From: an uncultured Dehalococcoidia bacterium
Lineage (GTDB): Bacteria; Chloroflexota; Dehalococcoidia; Lucifugimonadales; Lucifugimonadaceae
Assembly: GCA_958295935.1 (NCBI GenBank)
Contig: OY282385.1
Coordinates: 1,961,545 to 2,025,544 of the forward strand
Direction of reading: 5' to 3'
DNA length: 64,000 nt
The notes under the pieces were generated by a model. That model was not told where the DNA came from, ran no database searches, and saw only the letters and a program-made list of their open reading frames with translations. Below, piece after piece: positions 1 through 8,382 of the stretch (within the stretch, counting starts at the first letter, position 1; each line of letters starts with the position of its first letter). The position numbers and the translations under genes are program-made.

Positions 1-513
1 CTCGGCAACAGCCGCCTTCACCTGCCAGGCAGGCCCCTCTTTGACAAGCCCCGGCGCCACGTCATGCGGCGCGACCATGGGCTTGCGGCGGGGAAGCTTG
101 CCGCCGCGGTCGCGATAGGTAACCTGGCTGGCCGGATGGTGCACCCTTGCCAGCCAGTCGTGGGCAAAGAGACCGCTCTCCTCGTCGATTATCCCGTTGG
201 TGAAACTGGTGGTGGGCGGCGGACCATACACGCTCAGCTCACGGTCTTCAGGCACGTTCTGATCCCACCTGGTAAGAATGAAGGCAGGAAAATCGGCGTC
301 GTGATCGAAGTGGTGGTGCGTAAAGAACACTGTGTCGATCTCGGTCGGCGATATGCCGGCCTTTACCAGCTTGTGCGTCGTGGCAGGGCCGCAATCGAAG
401 AGCAGCTTCTCGCCTCCAACGTCGATGACGTAGGCGGAGCCAAAGCGGTCCGGGAGCGGTGTAGGCGTGCCGCATCCAATGATGGTGACTTCAGGATAAT
501 TTTTGTCCGTCAC
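1..513 (-). CDS. MBL-fold metallo-hydrolase, 3' end off the window edge. It starts with GTG at 511-513 (MTDKNYPEVTIIGCGTP...).
   Basis: Manual minus-strand translation gives MTDKNYPEVTIIGCGTPTPLPDRFGSAYVIDVGGEKLLFDCGPATT...FFTHHHFDHDADFPAF, with the HxHxDH metallo-beta-lactamase motif. This open frame runs off the window edge and is absent from the complete-ORF track. The plus-strand ORF 64-744 is its shadow. Confidence 0.6.
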   Translation of the reverse strand, partial: MTDKNYPEVTIIGCGTPTPLPDRFGSAYVIDVGGEKLLFDCGPATTHKLVKAGISPTEIDTVFFTHHHFDHDADFPAFILTRWDQNVPEDRELSVYGPPPTTSFTNGIIDEESGLFAHDWLARVHHPASQVTYRDRGGKLPRRKPMVAPHDVAPGLVKEGPAWQVKAAVAE

Positions 514-664
514 CGAATAGCCCTCCGGCGAATGTGCGAGACTTGCAGCCTAACAGATGGAATGAGTACTAAACTTGCTCACAGACCGGCGCGGCTGCTG
601 CTGGACTCGCGCTTATGCCGTGCGGTTGGAAATCCAGGCGCAACTTTCAGAGTGGGGGTTCACC

Positions 665-1861
665 ATGAAGATCACGGCCATCGATACGTTTGTAGTAGAT
701 GCGGGTTGGCGGCCATGGGTGTTCGTTGCGGTGCGCACGGATGAAGGGCTTACGGGATATGGAGAGTGCTCGGACGGCAGAAACCCATTTGGAATAGCCG
801 CTACGGTGGGCGAGTTCGCGACGGTACTTGCAGGCCGCGACCCTCGCCCGGTCGAGGCGAACTACCACGACATGTACCGCTTGGCCAGGCAGAGCGCGGG
901 CGGCATCGCGTCGAAGGCTATCGCCGGAGTGGAATTGGCGTTGTGGGACGTAAAGGCAAAGGCTCTGGGTGTACCGGTGTACGAGCTGTTCGGCGGCCCG
1001 CTACGGAAACGGCAGAGGGTCTACTGGTCGCACTGCGGTTCCTCCAGAGCGAGAAGCCACCGCCTCATCGGGACTCCGCCCATCGATTCGATGGAGTCCT
1101 TCATCGCATTGGGCAGAGAGGTGCGAGACAGAGGGTTCAACGCGCTCAAGACGAACATCATCTTCCCGGGACCAGAAGCCAGCGTCTACTTCGGCGGCTT
1201 TGGGCCAGGCGCTACCGACCAGACGGTGTCGGTTGAAGTGCTGCGCCACGTTCAGAAGCAGATCAGCGCATTCCGTGAGGGCGCCGGAGAGAACGTCGAG
1301 ATAGCTCTGGATCTGAACTTCAACTTCAAGCCCGAGGCCGCAACCAGGATCTGCAATGCGCTGGCTTCCCACGACATGATGTGGGTCGAGATAGACATGT
1401 ACGAACCGCATGCGCTCGCAAGAATCCGCAACAGCGCGTCGATGCCGATCATGTCGGGCGAGAACCTGTTTGGAATGCGCGGCTATCGGCCGTACTTCGA
1501 GGCAGGCTCGATGGACATCGTGATGGTGGACATTCCATGGAACGGTTTCGCCGAGTCGAGGCGCATAGCGGCTATGGCGGAGAGCTTTGAACTTAACGTG
1601 GCTCCACACAACTACTACTCACATCTGGCGTCGCATATCGCGCTCAATCTGTCCGCCTGCACTCCCAACGTGCATATCATGGAGATCGACGTCGATGACG
1701 TGCCCTGGAAGGACGACCTGACCGGCGGCCCTATGGACATCGTGGAAGGCCAAGCGGCTGTGCCTGTCGAGCCGGGGTGGGGAGTTGAATTGAACGAGGA
1801 AGTTGCGGGGGAGCATGTTTGGATGCCGGGACGCGGCCCCGGCTACACCGCCGCCAGGTAA
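665..1861 (+). CDS. Enolase-superfamily enzyme, mandelate racemase / muconate lactonizing enzyme (MR/MLE, D-galactonate dehydratase-like).
   Basis: The protein MKITAIDTFVVDAGWRPWVFVAVRTDEGLTGYGEC... has the MR/MLE N-terminal capping domain and barrel. The ATG at 665 is preferred over the GTG at 575. Confidence 0.8.
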   Translation: MKITAIDTFVVDAGWRPWVFVAVRTDEGLTGYGECSDGRNPFGIAATVGEFATVLAGRDPRPVEANYHDMYRLARQSAGGIASKAIAGVELALWDVKAKALGVPVYELFGGPLRKRQRVYWSHCGSSRARSHRLIGTPPIDSMESFIALGREVRDRGFNALKTNIIFPGPEASVYFGGFGPGATDQTVSVEVLRHVQKQISAFREGAGENVEIALDLNFNFKPEAATRICNALASHDMMWVEIDMYEPHALARIRNSASMPIMSGENLFGMRGYRPYFEAGSMDIVMVDIPWNGFAESRRIAAMAESFELNVAPHNYYSHLASHIALNLSACTPNVHIMEIDVDDVPWKDDLTGGPMDIVEGQAAVPVEPGWGVELNEEVAGEHVWMPGRGPGYTAAR

Positions 1862-1926
1862 CCTGCCCTCGCGGACAGGGGGGCGACCGAACCAGGCCAT
1901 CGCAAGAGTCCGGCGAGGAGGACGAT

Positions 1927-2916
1927 TTGGCGAACCAAGTAGTAGCAGTGGTCATGCCACAGGCCGGAGACAGCGAGCGGATACGTCACTTCAGCCGCGC
2001 CGCTGGTCTGGAAGACGACGTTGAATTTGTCTTTGTCGATGCCGATTCTCCGCCTGACGAGGTCGTTGCAAAATGCCTCGGCGCCAAGGCTCTCATGCCG
2101 TCCACGCGCTCTATGACCATGGAGCAGTTCGAGGAGCTTCCCGACCTTCGACATATCCAGGTGACGAGTGCGGGCACCGACTGGCTGGATAAGACGGCTC
2201 TCGCTGAGCGAGGCGTAACTGTGTCCAACAACGGCGGTGCAAACGCTCCCGCGGTCGCCGAGCACGCTATAGCCCTCATGTTCTCGGTCTACAGAAGGCT
2301 CGACAGGCAGTTCGAAAGCGTGAGGGCGATGCGCTGGGCGGACGGAGCGCGAGGCGACCTCGATGACCGTCACACTTTGGTAGGCAAGCGGGTCGGAATC
2401 GTCGGCCTGGGGCAAATCGGTTCCAGAGTCTCCAAACGGCTCGCCGGATGGGAGTGCGAAATCGTCTACTACGATTCGTTCGCATTCCCGCGGGAATATG
2501 AGCAGGAGGCCGGGGCGGCGCGCGTCTCTTTTGAAGAATTGCTCAAGACCTCAGACGTCGTCTCTCTCCACACCCCGCTCGAATCGACTACGCGCTATCT
2601 GATATCTGACCGCGAACTGGGTATGATGAAGCCGACGGCGACCCTTATCAACACTTGCCGCGGCCCGGTGGTGAACGAATCGGCATTGATTCGGGCGTTG
2701 AAGGACGGAGTGATCAAGGGCGCGGGCCTTGACGTGACCGAGGTGGAGCCCACACCGCCGGACAACCCATTGCTCGACTTGGACAACGTGGTCATTACGC
2801 CGCACCTCGCAAGCATGGCCATCGAATCGACCATCGACTCCGTTAACTTCGGCGTGCAGAACGCAGCAAGAGCCGCCAGAGGAGAAGCCCCGGAGTCGGT
2901 GGTGGCCCCGGTATGA
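1927..2916 (+). CDS. D-isomer-specific 2-hydroxyacid dehydrogenase (NAD-binding, phosphoglycerate-dehydrogenase-like).
   Basis: It contains GKRVGIVGLGQIGSRVSKRLAGWECEIVYYD (Rossmann GxGxxG), plus TCRGPVVNE and ITPHLA motifs. The start is uncertain: TTG 1927 follows GGAGGA, and ATG 1954 is the alternative. It sits next to the MR/MLE gene. Confidence 0.7.
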   Translation: MANQVVAVVMPQAGDSERIRHFSRAAGLEDDVEFVFVDADSPPDEVVAKCLGAKALMPSTRSMTMEQFEELPDLRHIQVTSAGTDWLDKTALAERGVTVSNNGGANAPAVAEHAIALMFSVYRRLDRQFESVRAMRWADGARGDLDDRHTLVGKRVGIVGLGQIGSRVSKRLAGWECEIVYYDSFAFPREYEQEAGAARVSFEELLKTSDVVSLHTPLESTTRYLISDRELGMMKPTATLINTCRGPVVNESALIRALKDGVIKGAGLDVTEVEPTPPDNPLLDLDNVVITPHLASMAIESTIDSVNFGVQNAARAARGEAPESVVAPV

Positions 2917-2961
2917 CCCGGAGGGGTTTTATCGGCCTGCTAACGCGGCTCGCTTACGGAC

Positions 2962-4566
2962 TTACGCCGTTTCGACCATTCCCGGATCGGAGTCCGGGGC
3001 AAGTTTGCGCTGTTCCTCCTCTGCCCGCCTGATCCGCTGAGCGGCCTGATACGTGGAAGGATGGGCCGGTATCTCGAAGGTTCTGTCGTTAAGCAGTTCC
3101 TCTATGGTTCGGATCTGTATCTTGGGATAGTCCCGTTGCCACACTTCAGAGCGGTAGAAGCCGGCGCTGAGGGCCTCGGTTCGCATTTCGCGAGTAGGTT
3201 CCTCCAACGTGATGAAGAGGCCGAGCGCGGCTTTCTCGCGGTCGACGGCGCCCTTCAAATCCCTGATGAGGGGCGATGATACCCTGTCGCTCTTGACCTG
3301 TACGAGGCCCTTCCGACGCGGGCCGTCTATGAAGTGAATGACGCCGTCGATGCTCCTGTCGGCGCCGCGCTTGCGCTGCTCTCGCGGTAAAGCCTCCAGC
3401 AGAGACATTGCCCAGAACTGGAACTGGCAGCGGTCCTGATCGGCCAAGGCGCGGGCGCTACCGACGTCCACCGGCTCGCCGATGACTTGGTAGTCCTTTC
3501 CGGGAACGATGTCAAAGGCAGTCTTGAGCCGGTTCTTCACAAGGGCTACTGCCAGGTGGGTGACGTCGATGCCGATCCATCGTCGTCCGAGCTTCTCCGC
3601 AGCTGCCACGGCCGTACCGCAGCCACAGAAAGGATCCAATACCACGTCGTCATCGCTGGATGACGCCCGGATGATCCGTTCCAGAAGGGCCTGCGGCTTC
3701 TGTGTCGGGTATCCCAAACGTTCCTTCCCGATATGCATGGCATCCGGAATGTCTGACCAGGTGTCTCCGAGGAGAACATCCTCAACGACCCTCCCCGCGC
3801 TCTCTCTGAGAAAGTACTTGATTCGAATTGAGCCGGTTCTGGTCTGATGGACTCGACCCTCCGCATCAAGCCGTCTGATAGAGGCCTCCGTGTAGTCGCC
3901 TCTCGGGGCCGTCTTGAACCACCTGCCTTCATCATCCTGTCGCAGCCCCGCCTTTCGGGCCTCTTCGAACGTCAGCAGCCGCTCTAGATACTGTCTCCTG
4001 AAGGCGTGCTGGCCCGCCTCCTTCGAGTAGAACAACAGGACGTCGTGGTTGCGCGGGAATTGGTGTGCAATCGCCTTTGCGCCCCTGCCTCCGTAGTGCC
4101 ACACCAGCTCGTTCCGAAAGTTCGAGGCGCCGAACAAAGCATCCATCAGAAGCTTCAGGTAGTGACTCGCGGTGGGGTCGCAGTGCAAGTAGACGCTGCC
4201 GGCGGGTTTCATTACGCGGCGTAGTTCCACGAGGCGCGGGGTCATCATCACGAGGTAGGCCATCATGGCGTTGCTGCCTATGAACTGGCGGAAGGCGGAG
4301 ATCATGTCTTTGACGGCGGCGGGCGTCTCCGGGTTCGTGATGATCTCTTTTTCTAAGGTGCGCTCCGCTTCCTGCGTCCACTTCCAGGTATCGGTGAACG
4401 CCCTGATCTGGGCAGGAGACTCTTCACCCGATTGCTCCTCGAACAGAACGTTGTATGAAGCGTTTGAGTTGAACGGAGGGTCGAGGTAGACGAGGTCTAC
4501 CGACTCGTCGGGGACGTGCTCCCGGAGTATGGTTAGGTTGTCACCGTAGTAGAGTGCATTGTGCAT
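2962..4566 (-). CDS. Beta-class DNA methyltransferase (N6-adenine or N4-cytosine) with a C-terminal Mrr-like PD-(D/E)xK nuclease domain, 534 aa.
   Basis: Motif IV (VYLDPPFNSN) lies N-terminal and motif I (VLDPFCGCGTAVAAAEKLGRRWIGID) lies C-terminal of it. The C-terminal roughly 170 aa carry RSIDGVIHF...GLVQVKSD...ALGLFITLEEPT...KIQIRTIEELL, which resembles Mrr_cat (DGxIDG / QxK / KGxFITT). Confidence 0.75.
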   Translation of the reverse strand: MHNALYYGDNLTILREHVPDESVDLVYLDPPFNSNASYNVLFEEQSGEESPAQIRAFTDTWKWTQEAERTLEKEIITNPETPAAVKDMISAFRQFIGSNAMMAYLVMMTPRLVELRRVMKPAGSVYLHCDPTASHYLKLLMDALFGASNFRNELVWHYGGRGAKAIAHQFPRNHDVLLFYSKEAGQHAFRRQYLERLLTFEEARKAGLRQDDEGRWFKTAPRGDYTEASIRRLDAEGRVHQTRTGSIRIKYFLRESAGRVVEDVLLGDTWSDIPDAMHIGKERLGYPTQKPQALLERIIRASSSDDDVVLDPFCGCGTAVAAAEKLGRRWIGIDVTHLAVALVKNRLKTAFDIVPGKDYQVIGEPVDVGSARALADQDRCQFQFWAMSLLEALPREQRKRGADRSIDGVIHFIDGPRRKGLVQVKSDRVSSPLIRDLKGAVDREKAALGLFITLEEPTREMRTEALSAGFYRSEVWQRDYPKIQIRTIEELLNDRTFEIPAHPSTYQAAQRIRRAEEEQRKLAPDSDPGMVETA

Positions 4567-4694
4567 GGCGGATCGTCCTGGGTGAGTTTTACGCGACTAA
4601 ACGTTCACGGAACCTGGCATCTGATCCCACGTACGGCCATCCATATATTTCCAAGATTTGCTGTGGAGAAACCGGCCCCCTGGTCCGCCCTGCT

Positions 4695-5246
4695 CTAGGT
4701 ATCTAACCGTCCCGGCAACTTCATCCCCGTCCCGCGCGGCAGGTCCCAAGAGTCATCCTGCAGGCCGCGCAGGAAGTCGATCTGGCCGTGGTGGTTGTTC
4801 TTGTGAGTTATCTGGTGCCGCAACGCCTGCGCGACGGTCACGCCTGGCCGGAAAGTGTCCGCCGTATCGCCCAGCCGGTCTGGCTCCAGGGTGGACAGAT
4901 AGCCATCGGTTTGACGGTATGCGGCTTTCAGGTACCCGATCAGTGTGTCCAGGGGCGGAATCGCAAGAGCCTGCAGGCCCATCCTGTCGCCGGGATCGGG
5001 CATCTCGACAGGCTGCCGGAACCTCTCATACCAGCCTTCCGACTCCCACAGATCGGAACCGCCGCCGCGCAGACTTGCAATCATCCTGTCCTCTCCCCTG
5101 GCGACGTGCCAGAGGATGAACCCGATATTATTGGCGTGCGGCGCCGGCCTCCACACCACTTGCCCCTGCGTCAGTCCGTCGCACGTGCCAAGCAGCCGCA
5201 GTTGCACCTGATCGAGGCTGTCTCTGATGAACGTGAGAGTATCCAT
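4695..5246 (-). CDS. DinB/YfiT-family (DinB_2) putative metal-dependent hydrolase.
   Basis: The sequence ...ILWHVARGEDRMIASLRGG...ITHKNNHHGQIDFLRGL shows the four-helix DinB-like His motifs. Confidence 0.65.
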   Translation of the reverse strand: MDTLTFIRDSLDQVQLRLLGTCDGLTQGQVVWRPAPHANNIGFILWHVARGEDRMIASLRGGGSDLWESEGWYERFRQPVEMPDPGDRMGLQALAIPPLDTLIGYLKAAYRQTDGYLSTLEPDRLGDTADTFRPGVTVAQALRHQITHKNNHHGQIDFLRGLQDDSWDLPRGTGMKLPGRLDT

Positions 5247-5342
5247 TCACTTTTACCCTGCCTCTCGCGTGCACAAATTCTTGATAGAGGCCGGTTCGGC
5301 TCCGCTCGGCATGGACTGCCGGCAAAGCCCGACGCCCGGAGC

Positions 5343-6683
5343 CTACCCGTGCCCGGAGCGTTCCAGCACCCGGCCCACGGCGTCCACGAAACCGTCCAAC
5401 TCCCCGTGTTCATGCACCGTGGACACGTTTCCCGCGCACCGGCTGGAGGCGACGTACCCTTCGTTGAGCAAGCCCATGAACATCGTTTGGGCAAACTCCT
5501 TGTCATTCGTGGCGTAACTCCGGTAGTCGGTTACGGGAGTTGTGGTGAACTGAAGAGAGAAGAGCGACGATATGCCCGAAACTCTGATCGGCGCTTCGAC
5601 CTCGGCTATGAGTTTCCGGAGCCTCTCCCTCACGTACTCGCCCTTCTCATCCAACTCGCGGTAGGCCGCAGGCGTCAGTTCACCCAGCGTGGCTATGCCG
5701 GCAGCCGCGGTCATCGGGTTGCCGTTGAACGTACCCGCGTGCTGGACCCGGGGCGGCCCATTGCTGGGATCGTATAGGGCCATTACGTCTTCACGTCCTC
5801 CGAATGCGCCCACGGGCATCCCCCCGCCGATGATCTTTCCGAACGCCGTCACGTCGGGCAGCACGCCGTAGTACTCCTGAGCGCCGCCGCGCGAGATTCG
5901 AAAGGCGATCACCTCATCGAAGACCAGCAGTATGCCTAGCTCTGAAGTGAGCGACCTCAGCCCGCTCAGGAACGCCGGGTCGGCGGGTATGAAACCGCTT
6001 TGACCGTTCACCGGCTCGACGATGACCGCAGCCAATTGCTCCGCGTTAGCGCGGATGATGCGTTCGCACGCCTCGATGTCGTTGTACGGCATGATCACTA
6101 TGTCGTCGACCACCCGTGACGGGATGCCCTCGAACCCGATCACCGGATCGGGGTTCAGGGCATCCCCGGCGCTTTCGATAGGCGGCTGCACGCTGATTGA
6201 CACCGCGTCGTGCGTTCCGTGGTACGCACCCTCGCACTTGGCGATCATTTCCCTTCCGGTGAAGGCGCGCGCTGCGCGTATGGCGTTCAGCGTGGCCTCT
6301 GTGCCGGAGTTGACGAAACGCACTTTGTCCACCGACGGCACGCGGTCCACCATCATTTCGGCCCAATCGATGACCGGTGGGCTGGGCGCAGGGAAAGAGA
6401 CCCCGTCGTCGAGCTGCTCTCGCATCGCCTTCACCACGCTGGGGTGACGGTGACCCAGTATGAGCGTGGTCATGTTGTTCAACATGTCCACGCGTTCGTT
6501 TCCGTCCACGTCGTAGAGCTTTGAGCCTTCTCCCCTCGTGACGTAGGTCGGGAATGGCGGCCACCAGATGGAGTTGCGGGAGTCTCCGCCGGGCATCACC
6601 TGAGCGGCGCGCTCGTGCAAGCGCAGTGATTCCTGGTTGCGGGACTTGTAGCGTTCGATCTCTGCTTGCAGCGCGTTCGTCAT
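5343..6683 (-). CDS. Class III aminotransferase, glutamate-1-semialdehyde 2,1-aminomutase-like.
   Basis: It contains VMPGG...LYDVDGNERVDM...ILGHRHPSVVKAM...FVNSGTEATLNAIRAARAFTGREMIAKCEGAYHGTHD, a pattern that resembles HemL. Confidence 0.75.
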   Translation of the reverse strand: MTNALQAEIERYKSRNQESLRLHERAAQVMPGGDSRNSIWWPPFPTYVTRGEGSKLYDVDGNERVDMLNNMTTLILGHRHPSVVKAMREQLDDGVSFPAPSPPVIDWAEMMVDRVPSVDKVRFVNSGTEATLNAIRAARAFTGREMIAKCEGAYHGTHDAVSISVQPPIESAGDALNPDPVIGFEGIPSRVVDDIVIMPYNDIEACERIIRANAEQLAAVIVEPVNGQSGFIPADPAFLSGLRSLTSELGILLVFDEVIAFRISRGGAQEYYGVLPDVTAFGKIIGGGMPVGAFGGREDVMALYDPSNGPPRVQHAGTFNGNPMTAAAGIATLGELTPAAYRELDEKGEYVRERLRKLIAEVEAPIRVSGISSLFSLQFTTTPVTDYRSYATNDKEFAQTMFMGLLNEGYVASSRCAGNVSTVHEHGELDGFVDAVGRVLERSGHG

Positions 6684-6867
6684 GGTCCTGTTCTCCGCCT
6701 GCCTGCCCCGGCTATCGGGGGCGTTGCATTTGCGTGCTCATGGCCCGCCATCCTAACCGCGGGACGTCATGCCGGTAAATCTGTAGATGCTCGTTAGTAT
6801 GGCCGTTCAGACCAAATTCGCAAGCGCCGTGCGACCTCCGCGGCGCAATCCGTCAGGCCGTTCATGC

Positions 6868-8043
6868 TCAGGCTGCATGAGCTCTCACCGTACCGCGATG
6901 TACTGTAAAGCGCTTTGCGCCGGAGAGATACTGAGCCTCTATTAGAGCAAGGTCGGTTGTGGTGAGCAACGTTTGGTCGTAGACGGCCACCTCTTCCAGT
7001 ACGAGCCTCCTGCGGTTGGCGTCCAACTCAGACAGCACGTCGTCGAGAGCCAGAACCGGTGTCCTGCCCGCCGAGTCAGCCACGACCGCCGCCTCTGCCA
7101 GTTTGAGGGCCAAGGCAATAGAGCGCGCCTGACCGCGTGACGAGTAGGCTCCGGCCTGTTGACCGTCGAGCCGAATCTCGAGGTCGTCGCGGTGTGGCCC
7201 TATGATGGACATGCCCTGAGCCACTTCGCGCCCGCGAGCGGCTCTCAGCGCGTTCAGGATGTCAGCAGCGATAGCCGCTGCCCCTATGTCGGAGATGTCG
7301 CGAGCCGGGCCCTCGGACACTGTCAACCTTGGGCGGTAGGTGAGGCTCAGCATACCGCCGCCGCTCAATTTCTGGTGCGTTGGAATCGCATATTGGGCAA
7401 GATCGGCTACCGCCTTGTTGCGGCGCTCCACTATCGCCGCTCCTTCGTGCGACAACCGCCCGTCCCAGAACTCCAATTCATCGATCTCGGCCCGCCCTTC
7501 ACGAACGCGTCGCAGCAGTTGATTCCTCTGGGCAACCACTCTTGAGTAGCGCTGCCGGTTTTTCAGATAGACCGCGTCCGACTGCGATATCAATATGTCC
7601 AGATAACGGCGCCTGAACGAGGGCGCGCCTGTGATTATCTCAAGGTCGCTCGCCTCGAAGAACACGATGTTCATGTTGCCGACGAACTCCCCCGCGGTGC
7701 GCAACACGCCGTTTACCCGGAGCGATTTTCGCATCGGGGGGGATCCCATGTTTCCGGGCGCGGACACCTCTATATCCATCTGCGCACGAACGATAAAGTC
7801 GCGCTCCCTACCCACGCCCAGCACTTGCACGTGACCCCCCAACTGAGCTACGTCCCGGTTTACCAGCTCGCGATCATTGGACGATCTGGGAGACCTGGCG
7901 ATGGCGAGCAGGTAAGCCGCCTCCAGCAGATTGCTCTTGCCTTGCCCGTTCTCGCCTTGGAATATACTCAGGCCGGGCTCAAGCTCCAACTCGGCGGACG
8001 CGTAGTTGCGAAATCCCGAGAGGGCGAGCCTTGAGAAGTGGAT
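6868..8043 (-). CDS. recF: DNA replication and repair protein RecF. The start codon is non-canonical or unresolved.
   Basis: The track ORF (TTG at 7989) begins inside the Walker A motif (FQGENGQGKSNLLEA). Upstream in frame the conserved RecF N-terminus continues (AIHFSRLALSGFRNYASAELELEPGL). No ATG, GTG or TTG occurs between it and the stop at 8137-8139. The best candidate start is ATC at 8041-8043. Confidence 0.75.
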   Translation of the reverse strand: MHFSRLALSGFRNYASAELELEPGLSIFQGENGQGKSNLLEAAYLLAIARSPRSSNDRELVNRDVAQLGGHVQVLGVGRERDFIVRAQMDIEVSAPGNMGSPPMRKSLRVNGVLRTAGEFVGNMNIVFFEASDLEIITGAPSFRRRYLDILISQSDAVYLKNRQRYSRVVAQRNQLLRRVREGRAEIDELEFWDGRLSHEGAAIVERRNKAVADLAQYAIPTHQKLSGGGMLSLTYRPRLTVSEGPARDISDIGAAAIAADILNALRAARGREVAQGMSIIGPHRDDLEIRLDGQQAGAYSSRGQARSIALALKLAEAAVVADSAGRTPVLALDDVLSELDANRRRLVLEEVAVYDQTLLTTTDLALIEAQYLSGAKRFTVHRGTVRAHAA

Positions 8044-8382
8044 GGCCGGAACCTCGCGCTGTGTTATAGAAACCCGGATGACGCCTGTGGGGATTCGGTG
8101 ATTGGCCCCTTGGCAAGAAGATTCTAGCGCCGGTAATCACATCTCAGTCAGGGAGGGCGCTTTCGAGACGGTGTACGACAAATCTCTTCCCTCTCTACGC
8201 GGGAAAGATAAGGTGGGGCCTGCCGCCGCGAGAGCGGGGGCTGAGAGTGAACCAGGCAGTGCGAGGCCGCGCTTCGGACAGTTGTGCGAAACCTCTGATG
8301 GAGAGAAGCGCTTTAGATGCATCCTGAACGACTGAGCGGGGCCGCGTTTTCCAACAGGCTCGCCGACGTGGGAGATGCGCGG

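Noticed and set aside
64-744. 226-aa plus-strand ORF at the window start
   Set aside because: Its minus-strand complement encodes a clean MBL-fold hydrolase (HxHxDH). The plus-strand ORF is a high-GC shadow frame.
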